Positions 53,584 to 63,629 of a stretch of DNA of 64,000 bases are shown here, piece by piece. Position 1 is the stretch's first letter, and the number at the start of each line of letters is the position of its first letter. The position numbers and the translations under genes were made by a program. The stretch lies in assembly GCA_012520375.1 (NCBI GenBank), contig JAAYOH010000037.1:52413-116412 (forward strand). The letters run 5' to 3'. Below the pieces are notes generated by a model. The model worked only from the letters and a program-made list of their open reading frames with translations. It was not told the DNA's origin and did not search any database. Source of the DNA: Clostridiales bacterium (GTDB lineage Bacteria; Bacillota; Clostridia; Christensenellales; Aristaeellaceae).

Positions 53584-54660
53584 TCAGGCATTTGTCTTGG
53601 GCCGGTGGTAAGCCTTGTACCAGGCCGCAAAGCGGCGCAGCCCTTCCCGCAGGGGGGTAGAGGGCTTGAAACCGTAGTCCCGCTCTAAGGGAGTGGTGTC
53701 CGCGCAAGTCACCGGCACGTCGCCGGGCTGCATGGGCACCAATTGTTTGTGGGCTTCAAAGTCGTAGTTTTCTGGCAGCAACCCCGCCCGGACCAGTTCC
53801 TCCTGCAACGTGGTGACAAAGTCCAGCAGGTTTTCCGGGTGGCTGTTGCCGATGTTGTACAAGGCGTGGGGCGCGACGGGCAATCCGTCCGCCCCCGTCA
53901 TTTTTTCCGGGGCGCCCTGCATGACCCGCAGAACCCCCTCCACGACGTCGTCTATATAGGTGAAATCCCGCATACAGTCGCCGTAATTGAAGATGGAGAT
54001 GGTCTCTCCCCGCAGCAGCTTGTCGGTAAAAGCGTAGTAAGCCATGTCGGGCCGCCCGGCGGGGCCGTACACCGTGAAGAAGCGAAGGCCGGTGGAGGGG
54101 ATGCCGTAGAGCTTGGCGTAGGCGTGGGCCATCAACTCGTTGCTCTTTTTGGTGGCGGCGTACAGGGACACCGGGCTGTCTGCCTTGTCCTCCGTGCTGT
54201 AGGGCACCGCCGCGTTGGCGCCGTATACCGAGGAGGAGGAGGCGTACACCAGGTGCTCCACGGGCCGGGATCCCTCCATGGCGCTGCGGCAGGCTTCCAG
54301 GACGTTGAAGAAGCCCACCAGATTGGAGCGGATGTAGGCCTCGGGGTCGGCGATGGAATAGCGTACCCCCGCCTGGGCCGCCAGGTTCACCACGATCGCC
54401 GGCGGGCAGTCCGAAAACAGCCGGCCGAGCAGCTCCTTGTCCGCAAGGTCCCCCCGTACAAAGGAAAAATTCTGCCGCTCCTTCAGCAGGCCCAGCCGGT
54501 GCTCCTTCAGGGCTGCGTCGTAATAATCGTTCATGTTGTCCAGGCCCAGGATTTTCGCCCCCGGATAATCCTGCAGCAGACGACGGCACAAATGCGCGCC
54601 GATGAAGCCCGCTGCCCCCGTGACCAGGATGGTTTTGTTGTCCAGATCGATGCGCTGCAT
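53584..54660 (-). CDS. NAD-dependent epimerase/dehydratase (UDP-glucuronate 4-epimerase-like)
   Basis: Start ATG 54660 after GGAGG. Motifs: GAAGFIGAH, YASSSSVYG and YAATK. Confidence 0.85.
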   Translation of the reverse strand: MQRIDLDNKTILVTGAAGFIGAHLCRRLLQDYPGAKILGLDNMNDYYDAALKEHRLGLLKERQNFSFVRGDLADKELLGRLFSDCPPAIVVNLAAQAGVRYSIADPEAYIRSNLVGFFNVLEACRSAMEGSRPVEHLVYASSSSVYGANAAVPYSTEDKADSPVSLYAATKKSNELMAHAYAKLYGIPSTGLRFFTVYGPAGRPDMAYYAFTDKLLRGETISIFNYGDCMRDFTYIDDVVEGVLRVMQGAPEKMTGADGLPVAPHALYNIGNSHPENLLDFVTTLQEELVRAGLLPENYDFEAHKQLVPMQPGDVPVTCADTTPLERDYGFKPSTPLREGLRRFAAWYKAYHRPKTNA

Positions 54661-55101
54661 ATCCGCCTCCGAAGGGCTCCGTCCTGTTCGCCCCGCTGCA
54701 TCATAGCACAGCGGGGCGGCATGCGTCAAGCAGGGTTCGAGACCACGGTTCACACCTCGATGTGTGCATTCCATAGGGAGTTTGCATTTAACTGAACTTT
54801 TTTAAGGCCCGTATGAAGACCTGATAATGGATTTGTATACTCAAATCGGGATCAAGATGGAATTAAGGGAAAAGATGAAAATTGGCTTGTACGCTTCTGG
54901 CACCAACGACGTTCCTTTCCGATGTGACGATTCATCATTGCGGCCATGCCACTGTGTTTGGCGTTTGGGGTACTGTGCGGTCATGTCCATCGGCTGTCTT
55001 CTCGCCGCTCCATTTGCCCACACAGCAAAGTCAACAAGATATCTAAACGGGGTGGAAACGGGCTCCGATAGATAGAACAATACGAAAAAGGAGGAACACA
55101 C

Positions 55102-56088
55102 ATGAACATCAAGCGCGTATCTCTGTTTCTGGCTCTGGTCCTTTCCCTCTCCCTGATATTGTCCAGCGCGGCCTGCGCCGGAGACTGGGAGGGCATCACC
55201 CTGAAAATCAGCCACAACCTGTCCAGCACCGATATCCTGCAAACCTATCTGCAGCAGGCTGCCGACAAGATTTACGAACGCACGGAGGGAAAGGTACGGT
55301 TTGACATTTATCCCAACGGCGAACTATTGACCTATGCAGAAGCGGTGGAGGCCATCGCCAGCGACTCTCACGTGGTATACTACTGCGCCTTCTCCGACTG
55401 GAAGGACTATTATCCGGGCGCTGGCGCCTACTCTGCGGCCTATGTATTTGACTCTGTGGAACAATATCAAAAGTTCATGGAGACCGATTTCTTTGCCAAC
55501 ACCCTGGCAGAGCTGGACAAGCAGAACATCCACTGCCTGCAAGCCGGCTGGATCGGTGGCTTCCGTCACACCCTGACCAACATCCCCGTGAACACCATGG
55601 CCGACCTGAAGGGTTTGTCCATCCGCACCCCGGCCAATCCTGTGTGGGTCGACTGCTTTGAGTCTTTGGGCATGAGCGTTGTGGGCATGGCCTGGAGCGA
55701 AACATTGACTGCTGTATCACAGGGCAGCATCGACTCCGTGGAAGGCACCTATAGTACGGTTGTCAGCTACAACTGCTGGGACTATTTCAAATACCTCACC
55801 GAGACCAAGCACATCATCCAGGCCGAGTGCCTGTGGATGAGCGCCAATGTATGGAACTCCATTCCCGCTGCGTATCAGGCCATCATATCCGAAGAAATGA
55901 AGCCTGCCGTTCAGGGCTATGTGCAAGCCTCGGCTGATCTGGAGAGCCAGATGCGCCAGCAGGCTATTGATAACGGCATGGAAGTCAATCGGGAGATCGA
56001 CCTGAGCGAGTTCAAGGCCGCCGCCGGCAAATATGTGCTGCAGTATGACATCGGCCAGGAGATGCTGGATGTGCTGGCAGGCTTGTAA
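55102..56088 (+). CDS. TRAP transporter substrate-binding lipoprotein (DctP family)
   Basis: Lipobox LSSAAC and a DctP-like length and pattern. Followed by the two TRAP permease genes. Confidence 0.8.
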   Translation: MNIKRVSLFLALVLSLSLILSSAACAGDWEGITLKISHNLSSTDILQTYLQQAADKIYERTEGKVRFDIYPNGELLTYAEAVEAIASDSHVVYYCAFSDWKDYYPGAGAYSAAYVFDSVEQYQKFMETDFFANTLAELDKQNIHCLQAGWIGGFRHTLTNIPVNTMADLKGLSIRTPANPVWVDCFESLGMSVVGMAWSETLTAVSQGSIDSVEGTYSTVVSYNCWDYFKYLTETKHIIQAECLWMSANVWNSIPAAYQAIISEEMKPAVQGYVQASADLESQMRQQAIDNGMEVNREIDLSEFKAAAGKYVLQYDIGQEMLDVLAGL

Positions 56089-56176
56089 GGTCTGCTTTCC
56101 CGCCTAAAATTCCTGCCCATATCAACGCGGTGGGACGAGGGCATCTCGTCCCGCCGCTGTACAAAAGGGGATACGA

Positions 56177-56668
56177 ATGAAAAAAAAGTTCCGTTTTGAG
56201 GATATTGAAGATTTTATCTGCAATCTGTCCCTGGTGCTGATGCTGTTGGCTGTTCTGGCAAACGTGCTGAGCAACCTGATGATCAACAAACGCTTTGCCT
56301 ATCTGGAGGAGATGTCCACTGGCTGCTACATGTTCGGCGTATATGCCGGCGTCGGCCTTCTCTACAAACGCAGGGAGCTCACGGTGGTCAATTTTGTCAT
56401 AGACAGGTTTCCACCCCGCCTCCGCTACGTCACGGATTTGTTTGGGTGCCTTTATCTGCTCTTCTACGGCGCCATGATGACCTACAACGGCGTGCTGCTT
56501 TGCATGAACAGCACCATCAAGCGACTTCCTGCCATGCAGATCTCCTACATGTGGCTGGATCTGTGCATCGTGTTTGGCTTCTCCACGCTGACCATCCGGG
56601 TGCTGCTGGACATCGTTCGCAAACTCGCCTCGGCAAAAGAGGTGTTTGCCCAAAAGGAGGCTGCATAA
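56177..56668 (+). CDS. TRAP transporter small permease (DctQ family)
   Basis: 163 aa with four TM helices. Its stop abuts the large permease start. Confidence 0.75.
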   Translation: MKKKFRFEDIEDFICNLSLVLMLLAVLANVLSNLMINKRFAYLEEMSTGCYMFGVYAGVGLLYKRRELTVVNFVIDRFPPRLRYVTDLFGCLYLLFYGAMMTYNGVLLCMNSTIKRLPAMQISYMWLDLCIVFGFSTLTIRVLLDIVRKLASAKEVFAQKEAA

Positions 56669-57955
56669 ATGGGTCCCTACATTCCGATGATCCTCACCTT
56701 TATTCTGCTGATCCTGGGCATTCCTGTAGCCGTTAGTTTTTTCAGCGGAGCCATTATCTATTTTACCTTTTTTTGTCGGGATTTGACTATTACCACCCTG
56801 ATTCAGAAAATGCTGACCAGCGGCATGTCTTTCACTTTTCTGGCCGTTCCCTTCTTTGTTACAGCCGGCGTGGTGATGAACTATGCGGGCATTTCCGACC
56901 GCGTCATGGGCTTTTGCAACAATCTGGTAGGCCACAAGCGCGGCGGCCTTGCCTATGTAAACGTTCTTCTGTCCACCCTGAACGGCGGCATTTGCGGCTC
57001 TGCTGGTGCAGACGCAGCCAACGACTGCAAAATCCTGGTGCCGCAGATGGTCAAACGGGGCTATTCTCCCGCCTTTTCCGCAGGCGTGTCCGCTGCTTCC
57101 GCGCTGATTAGCCCCATCATTCCCCCGGGCGCCGGTCTGATCCTCTACGCCAGCATGACCGGCACCTCCGTGGTCAAAATGTATTATGCCGGCTACATCC
57201 CGGGCATCCTGCTGTGCATCGGGATGTGCCTCACCGTGGCCATCATCGCCCGCGTCCGCCACTTCACCCCCGACCGGGAAAGCCGCGCTACCCTGAAGGA
57301 AATTTTGCAGAGCCTCAAAGAGAGCTGGCTTTCCCTCATGATGCCGCTTGTGCTGATCGTGGGCATCCGCACCGGTTGGTTTACCCCTACCGAAGGCGGA
57401 TTGGTGCTGATCTCCATGTGCGCCCTGATCGGCGCTTTCGCCTACAAAGAAATCAAGCCCTGCCACATCAAGCCCATCCTGGTGGAGTCCTTCTCCTCCA
57501 TGGCCAACGTGTCTTTGATCATCGTCTCCGCCGTCATCTTTGGCACCTATCTGTCCTGGGAACGCATTCCCCAGAATTTGGCTGCCTATCTGATATCCAT
57601 CACCGACAGCCCGGGCATGTTCTTGCTGCTGGCCAACCTTCTGGTTTTTGTGATGGGCATGTTTCTGGATGGCACCGCCGTTTTGATGATTGCCACGCCC
57701 CTGCTCTTTCCGGCTGCGCAGTCCTACGGCATTGACCCCATTCAGTTTGGCATCATCATGATCGTCAATATGTCAGTGGGCGGCCTCACACCTCCCTTTG
57801 GCGGCGTTATGTACCTGTGCTGCCACATGTGTAACGTGGAGATCCCGGATTTCCTGAAGCATACCTGGCCCTTCATCGTGTGCCTGCTGATCGTGCTGGT
57901 ACTGGTCACTTGCTTCCCGATCATCAGTACGTTGGGTCCCGATTTGCTATACTAA
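56669..57955 (+). CDS. TRAP transporter large permease (DctM family)
   Basis: 428 aa, polytopic, with a typical DctM pattern (LAVPFFV.AG..M...GIS.R). Confidence 0.9.
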   Translation: MGPYIPMILTFILLILGIPVAVSFFSGAIIYFTFFCRDLTITTLIQKMLTSGMSFTFLAVPFFVTAGVVMNYAGISDRVMGFCNNLVGHKRGGLAYVNVLLSTLNGGICGSAGADAANDCKILVPQMVKRGYSPAFSAGVSAASALISPIIPPGAGLILYASMTGTSVVKMYYAGYIPGILLCIGMCLTVAIIARVRHFTPDRESRATLKEILQSLKESWLSLMMPLVLIVGIRTGWFTPTEGGLVLISMCALIGAFAYKEIKPCHIKPILVESFSSMANVSLIIVSAVIFGTYLSWERIPQNLAAYLISITDSPGMFLLLANLLVFVMGMFLDGTAVLMIATPLLFPAAQSYGIDPIQFGIIMIVNMSVGGLTPPFGGVMYLCCHMCNVEIPDFLKHTWPFIVCLLIVLVLVTCFPIISTLGPDLLY

Positions 57956-57978
57956 TCATCCAAGGAGGCGCGATCGCC

Positions 57979-58872
57979 ATGAAGCTGTCTGCAGAAACCT
58001 TCTATCTCCAAAATTTTATGAGCGAGGCAGAAGCGGTGCGCCTGCTGGCCGGCGCCGGCTTCGACTGCGTAGATTTCAGCATGGATCAACTGGTGGACCC
58101 TGACCACGTATTGAACGGCGCCAACTGGAAACAGTTTGCCCGGGAGCTGCGCCATCTCGGCGATGATCTGGGCATCACCTTCAATCAGGCCCATGCGCCT
58201 TTCGAATTTCAGTTTTCCCAGCCGGGCTTCATGGAAAAGGATGCCATCCCCCTCACCATCCGCAGCTTTGAAGCGGCAAATATCCTGGGCGTCGACACGG
58301 TGATCGTCCATCCGCTGCACTTCATGCGATACCGCAGCGAGAACCTGGACGCCATTTGGGACATGAATATGGACTTCTTTCACGCCCTGCTTCCCCATGC
58401 CCGGGCGTGTAACGTGTGCATCTGCCTGGAGAACCTGTTTCAGTTTGACAGCCGGGGCGTGGCGATCCCCGATACCTGCTCCGAGCCCGACCGATACGTC
58501 CGGGCGCTGGACGAACTGAACGACCCGCACATCGCAGCTTGTGTGGACGTGGGGCACGCCGCCCTGATCGGCGACAAGCCCTCTGTGCTCATCCGGGCGC
58601 TGGGGCATGACCGGCTGAAGGCGTTGCACATCCACGACAACGACGCGGTGACGGATACCCACACGCTTCCTTATCTGGGCGGCAGAATCGACTGGGATGA
58701 CACCTGCCGGGCGCTGGGCGAGATCGACTATGACGGAGTTTTTACCTTTGAGTCGTTTCTGTTTTACAAGAATTTCCCCCCCGAATTCTTCCCTCAGGCA
58801 GCCCGTTTTATCCACGAAATGGGCCTACATCTCGCTGCCAAGGTAGACGCCGCGAGGCCAAAACGAGGATGA
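57979..58872 (+). CDS. sugar phosphate isomerase/epimerase (xylose-isomerase-like TIM barrel)
   Basis: Start ATG 57979 after AAGGAGG. Pattern: VIVHP ... CLEN ... DVGH ... HIHDN. Confidence 0.75.
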   Translation: MKLSAETFYLQNFMSEAEAVRLLAGAGFDCVDFSMDQLVDPDHVLNGANWKQFARELRHLGDDLGITFNQAHAPFEFQFSQPGFMEKDAIPLTIRSFEAANILGVDTVIVHPLHFMRYRSENLDAIWDMNMDFFHALLPHARACNVCICLENLFQFDSRGVAIPDTCSEPDRYVRALDELNDPHIAACVDVGHAALIGDKPSVLIRALGHDRLKALHIHDNDAVTDTHTLPYLGGRIDWDDTCRALGEIDYDGVFTFESFLFYKNFPPEFFPQAARFIHEMGLHLAAKVDAARPKRG

Positions 58873-59017
58873 CCGCGAAACTGTACGCTTTACGGCAAGA
58901 AACACGCCCTGCGTATCGCCGGAGGCGCGAGTTTAGGCAACATTGTCTTCCGCAGAAAGCGCTATTATGATTGCTTTCAAATCTTATTGAATAATCCACC
59001 GTATGCAAAAGCCGTTA

Positions 59018-59815
59018 TTATTTCAAGCTTTCCAAAAAATGCCGGATGCTGTTATTCACTGCCGCCGGATTGTCAACATGAGCATTGTGAGCAGCCCCCG
59101 GTATCCATATCAATTCATATCCCGTTCTTTTTGCCCATTCTTTGTTATAGCTTTTCACTTTACCCGTCCGATCTTTTTCCCCAACAAGCAGAAGGACCGG
59201 ACAACAAATATCGAAGGTTCTGTTGTCTTCCAAAAAACCTTTATATCCCGTGCGCATAAGCCAACATAGCTCTGTTTTTTCATATTGGGCAACCATAGCG
59301 GCCATGTTTTCTCGACCATTCTTGGTCATTGCGTGATGCTTTACCATGGTTTGTTTCAACAGTTTTTCCGGAAGCAGTTTTGCAATCCATCCAATTTGGT
59401 TCAACCACCATATATCAGATTTGGAATAATACTCCCCATACGGAGTAGAACCGATGGATACCAATGCCTTTACCTGTTCCGGATATCCAAGAGCAAATGA
59501 CTGTGACAAATAGCCGCCCATAGACTGTCCAATCAGAATCACCTGAGAAAGACCGCATTCGTCGATGATGCGTTTCATCCCGCTGGTTGCATTCCCGAAA
59601 GTGAATGTATTGTACGGCCTGGACTGCCCGTGTGCAGGAGCATCCCATACGATTACATTATAGTCCCTTCCAAAGCAGACTACCTGCTCCTCAAACATGG
59701 TATGATCAGCCGTTAGTCCGTGAAGAAAGAACAACGTATCTCTTTCAGCGTCCATGGCTTCCGAAACCCAGTAAACAATTTTGCCATTTGGATCGCAAAC
59801 TGTTTTTCTTCTCAT
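59018..59815 (-). CDS. alpha/beta hydrolase
   Basis: 265 aa with HG oxyanion motif FFLHGL and nucleophile elbow GQSMGG. Confidence 0.75.
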   Translation of the reverse strand: MRRKTVCDPNGKIVYWVSEAMDAERDTLFFLHGLTADHTMFEEQVVCFGRDYNVIVWDAPAHGQSRPYNTFTFGNATSGMKRIIDECGLSQVILIGQSMGGYLSQSFALGYPEQVKALVSIGSTPYGEYYSKSDIWWLNQIGWIAKLLPEKLLKQTMVKHHAMTKNGRENMAAMVAQYEKTELCWLMRTGYKGFLEDNRTFDICCPVLLLVGEKDRTGKVKSYNKEWAKRTGYELIWIPGAAHNAHVDNPAAVNNSIRHFLESLK

Positions 59816-59819
59816 CGCC

Positions 59820-61583
59820 TCATGTCCTTGCTCTTTTCTGCCATGTACATTCTATCTTTCCTGCAATCAAGGTCAGGGGCAGCATGGCCACGGGCAAAGT
59901 AAGATACGCGGTGTAAATGTGAAGGGCAACGTGCAGCACGTGCACCAAAGGCGTATACAGCAGAAGGGTCAAAACAATCGATACGGCCGCAACCATTGGG
60001 CTAAGCCCTGGAAATACAATCCTTGCCCCGATCACGGCCAGGCCGGCCAGGACCGGCAGGAAGAACAAATAACTGCCGGCAGGAAAACACCAGGCACAGA
60101 CTTCGCCCAGCAGACTGGGCAGGAGAAGAAGGCCCATCAGGTGTGCGCAATGGCCCTGGGCTTTGGAGCGCCAGTTGGTTTTCCGCCAGAGCGAGCGAAG
60201 CAGCATGACCGCACAGGCCGTGAACACCAGGAGCAAGAGGATGAACAGGACGTGCGAGTGTCTGCCATAGTGATGTTCAGTGATCAACAGCTCTGAAAAG
60301 AAGCCAAACCGGGAGCAAAGAAAATACATCCCTTCCAGCAGGATCCAGGTGGACCCGCCGGACAGGATGAGGATCAGGACTTGAGCGCACAGGGTCAGAA
60401 TCAGGCCTGAAAATCTCAAACGCTTTTTCCGCAGCAAATAGAACAGACACAACAGGGTCAAAGCAAATGTGGCATGGGCAAGGGCATTGGCGAGGCTCTC
60501 CGGAAGAACAGCCAGCTTACCCGGGAAGAAGGGGAAATGCACCGCATCCTGACTGTCTTCCAGATGAAGCTCCGGTGTCCAAGCCAGGTGGGTGACCAGG
60601 CCCACAACGGTGTCCAGATAATGCAGGGCGCTGTCCCGGCTGAACGTTTCATAGTTGTCCAACTTTGTATGATACACATGAGGACCTTCAATCGCCGCCA
60701 GGTTCATGCCCGGATAGCCCGCATGGATAAAATGGGTCAGGTCGGTATCGTTGGGCATGGTTTTGTAGATATCGGTTGCGATGGACATGGAAAAGGGATA
60801 TGGGACGGCCTTTCGGTAGGTCTCGATGAGCCCCAAGTTGTTGTCGGTGGTCTGAAACAAGATGAGAACGCCGGCATTGCCCCGGGCTTCCAGGTTCACC
60901 ACCAGGCGAGTGCGCTGCGCATATTCCGGATGGTCAGCAATGAACTTTGCCGACCCCAACAAGCCCTGTTCCTCCCCATCGGTAAACAGGAACAACAAAT
61001 CCCTTGCGATCGCCCTATCCTGAACAGCCCGCAAACCTTCCAGAAGAGCCGCTACCGAAACGATGTCGTCAAAGGCGCCGGCTCCCTGGATGACGGAATC
61101 GGTATGGGCCATAAAAATAATGGTTTCATCCGTATCCGGCGCATCCACACACACCAGGATGTTGTTCAGCTCCATCAGGTCTTCTTCACCAAGGCCGGCC
61201 CGGTCCCGGATTTCTTTATCTGTGGGCAGATATGGATCCCCGTAATAGCCTTGCCATAACCGCCACAAATCCCGCACTTCTTCCATAGACAGTTGGTACC
61301 TGTCTTCCATGTAGGCATAGCCCATGCTTTCCAGCTGCTTTTTCAGGTATTCCTGGGTGCGTTTCAGACCGGGGCTGCCCACGCTGTGCACCTCTGCCGC
61401 CATTTCCCGGATGTGGGTCAGCATCAGCTGAAAGTCCGGTCCCTTGTCCGCTTCGCTCAGGGTGATGGGGGTTTCATCCAAATCCCTGGGCGCTCTGGGC
61501 GGCAGGTTTTGACCGTATCCTATAAACAAACCCAAGAAAACCGCCAGGAGAAATGGTATGGCTTGCAAACGCTGTTTCATCAT
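59820..61583 (-). CDS. M28-family peptidase fused to a C-terminal polytopic membrane domain
   Basis: Start ATG 61583. N-terminal anchor, an M28-like domain (FMAHTDSV ... FLFTDGEEQGLLGS ... VNLEARG), then about 8 TM helices. Confidence 0.7.
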   Translation of the reverse strand: MMKQRLQAIPFLLAVFLGLFIGYGQNLPPRAPRDLDETPITLSEADKGPDFQLMLTHIREMAAEVHSVGSPGLKRTQEYLKKQLESMGYAYMEDRYQLSMEEVRDLWRLWQGYYGDPYLPTDKEIRDRAGLGEEDLMELNNILVCVDAPDTDETIIFMAHTDSVIQGAGAFDDIVSVAALLEGLRAVQDRAIARDLLFLFTDGEEQGLLGSAKFIADHPEYAQRTRLVVNLEARGNAGVLILFQTTDNNLGLIETYRKAVPYPFSMSIATDIYKTMPNDTDLTHFIHAGYPGMNLAAIEGPHVYHTKLDNYETFSRDSALHYLDTVVGLVTHLAWTPELHLEDSQDAVHFPFFPGKLAVLPESLANALAHATFALTLLCLFYLLRKKRLRFSGLILTLCAQVLILILSGGSTWILLEGMYFLCSRFGFFSELLITEHHYGRHSHVLFILLLLVFTACAVMLLRSLWRKTNWRSKAQGHCAHLMGLLLLPSLLGEVCAWCFPAGSYLFFLPVLAGLAVIGARIVFPGLSPMVAAVSIVLTLLLYTPLVHVLHVALHIYTAYLTLPVAMLPLTLIAGKIECTWQKRART

Positions 61584-61587
61584 CCCG

Positions 61588-62562
61588 CTAACCTCGCCAT
61601 GAAATTTTGGCTTGCTGTGCACTGGCAAGGGCCTCTTCCAGCAATTGTTTGAGCTTGGAATGGGCTTCCTTCAAACGCTCCAGCTCAAAGGACGCATTTT
61701 TTCCCGCCTGCACGGGATCCCTTCTCCCTTCGTTCAGGGTCTGCTTGGCATGGTCCATTGTTTGCGCTGTCTGCCGGGCAGCTGCGCGGAAGGCGCCCCA
61801 TGCCTCCCGCTGCCGGTTCATGTTCAGGGCCAGGGCCAACTGGCTTTGCCACAGCGGGAGGGCAAATTCCGTCATCTGCTTCAGTTTGTCTGCTACCAGC
61901 TTCTGGTTGTGCTGGGTCAGGCGGATTTGCAAGGCCAGCTGCAGGCTGATGGTTTTGGACTGTCGCAGCTGGTGAATGCGGTCTGCAAACAAGTCGACAA
62001 ATGACGCTATGCCCGATTCATCTTTTGCGGTTTTCTCCTGCTTTGCGTGGGCCAGGGCCAGTTCTCCGGCCAGGATTTTGCGTTCCAGCGCATGATGGCA
62101 TGCCCGGTTGCTTTCATAGAGGGTATCCAACAGCCCGATCTCCTTTTGCAGCGCCAACCGAGCCATGTCGATCTGATTGGCCAGTCGATCCACCAGATAG
62201 ATCATTTCGGAGCAATCCCGCTGCAAAGCGGTATAATGCCGTTTGCCGGGGGAAAAGAGGGAGGAGAAAAATCCCTTGGGCATACGAAGGGAAACAACGT
62301 CAAGGCCGGCGATCTGCTGCTGCAAAGCATGGATGGCATCCACTGCGTCTTCCAGAGCGCTGCCGGAAACTCTGCTGAGCAGGATGTCCGACACATCCCC
62401 CAGATCGCGCTGCTCCTTGGCGCCGTAGCCGGTGACGGTGAGGGCATCCTTCAGGTCAATGCCCCGGGCACGCACCTGGATGTCGTGCCTTTCTTCCGGT
62501 GAAAGCTGCGCATGGCTTTCAAAATCTTTTGCAATTTGCGCAGGGTCAAAGGCGATAGTCAT
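61588..62562 (-). CDS. toxic anion resistance protein (TelA/YaaN family)
   Basis: Start ATG 62562 (MTIAFDPAQIAKDF...). Long helical protein with a TelA-like pattern. Confidence 0.8.
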   Translation of the reverse strand: MTIAFDPAQIAKDFESHAQLSPEERHDIQVRARGIDLKDALTVTGYGAKEQRDLGDVSDILLSRVSGSALEDAVDAIHALQQQIAGLDVVSLRMPKGFFSSLFSPGKRHYTALQRDCSEMIYLVDRLANQIDMARLALQKEIGLLDTLYESNRACHHALERKILAGELALAHAKQEKTAKDESGIASFVDLFADRIHQLRQSKTISLQLALQIRLTQHNQKLVADKLKQMTEFALPLWQSQLALALNMNRQREAWGAFRAAARQTAQTMDHAKQTLNEGRRDPVQAGKNASFELERLKEAHSKLKQLLEEALASAQQAKISWRG

Positions 62563-62567
62563 GCGGA

Positions 62568-63629
62568 TCAGCGCTCGAGGGATTGGATGAGCTTCTCCAT
62601 GACCTGGGAGTCCGGCATCTGAATGATTTGTGATATGACCGGCGCAATGCCCGGCACGGCTGTATGGGATACATCCATGTTGGCGGCATTGATGCCCGTG
62701 CGGAAACCATGCTTCTCCCAAGCCAGGGCTTGTATTTCTGGCGTAAGCAGCGCCTCCAGGCCGATCTTTCCCTTTTCGCTCAGGGCGATGTACACATGGC
62801 TGGACCAGACTGTGGGTACCGGATATAACAGAACCACATCGTCCTTGATTTGCTGGTAGTCCTTGGGATTGGTGTGGGCAAACTCCAGCAGTTGGCTTTC
62901 ATAGCCTGCCACCAGGGGCCTGGCGCCCACACCGGTTTTCAGGAACTGGCTGAAGATGTCGGCCGAACTGGTTTCCATGTATCCCAATCGTTCGATAAGG
63001 GCTTTGAGGCGGGGGATCACTGCGTCGGTGCGATCAGCGGTAACCACATTGCCCTCATTGATCATGTTGGCCAAAAGGCCTGCGAACATGTTGCCTGAGT
63101 TGGACTTGGTAGGGTTGGTGGTGGATACCAGCACAGAGCCATACAGCGGCAGACCCAGATTTTCCCAGCGTTCGCCATTTTCCAGCACCGGCAGGAAGGC
63201 CTTCATGTCCAGGAAATGTACGCCGTCCTTTTCGGTAATATAGCCGGCCTTCATGAGCGCCTCCGCGACCATCTGCCGGGTGTACAGCACGATCGGGGTA
63301 TTAAAGACGATTTCGCTCCGGGGTGGTTTCCCATAGGTTTTTTCATACAAATCCAACGCCGTTTGGCTGGAGGGCCAGAGATAGTCCCGCCCGGTATGAT
63401 CCAGGCGAATCATGTCCAGGGAGCCGGCCTTCTGATAGTTCAGGGTCAGTTTTTTCTTATCGAACAGAATCTTTTTCACTGCGGGGTCGTCAACCAGGCC
63501 GATCTTTTCCCCGCCAATATAGCCCGTTATATCCATCTGCTGGGCTTCCTTGCCTTGAAACCAGGAGTACACGCCGGCGACGACGATCACCAGCACCAGC
63601 AGCAACAGCCCAAAATACTTTGTTTTCAC
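62568..63629 (-). CDS. membrane-anchored periplasmic-binding-protein-like hypothetical protein
   Basis: 353 aa with an N-terminal TM helix and an alpha/beta region with an SBP-like motif (TNPTKSNSG). Family uncertain. Confidence 0.45.
   Translation of the reverse strand: MKTKYFGLLLLVLVIVVAGVYSWFQGKEAQQMDITGYIGGEKIGLVDDPAVKKILFDKKKLTLNYQKAGSLDMIRLDHTGRDYLWPSSQTALDLYEKTYGKPPRSEIVFNTPIVLYTRQMVAEALMKAGYITEKDGVHFLDMKAFLPVLENGERWENLGLPLYGSVLVSTTNPTKSNSGNMFAGLLANMINEGNVVTADRTDAVIPRLKALIERLGYMETSSADIFSQFLKTGVGARPLVAGYESQLLEFAHTNPKDYQQIKDDVVLLYPVPTVWSSHVYIALSEKGKIGLEALLTPEIQALAWEKHGFRTGINAANMDVSHTAVPGIAPVISQIIQMPDSQVMEKLIQSLER

Noticed and set aside
54827-55075. 82-aa ORF upstream of the TRAP operon as a small regulator.
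   Set aside because: The sequence is Cys/Arg-rich with no helix-turn-helix pattern, no RBS and atypical codon usage. It is more likely untranslated promoter or leader DNA.
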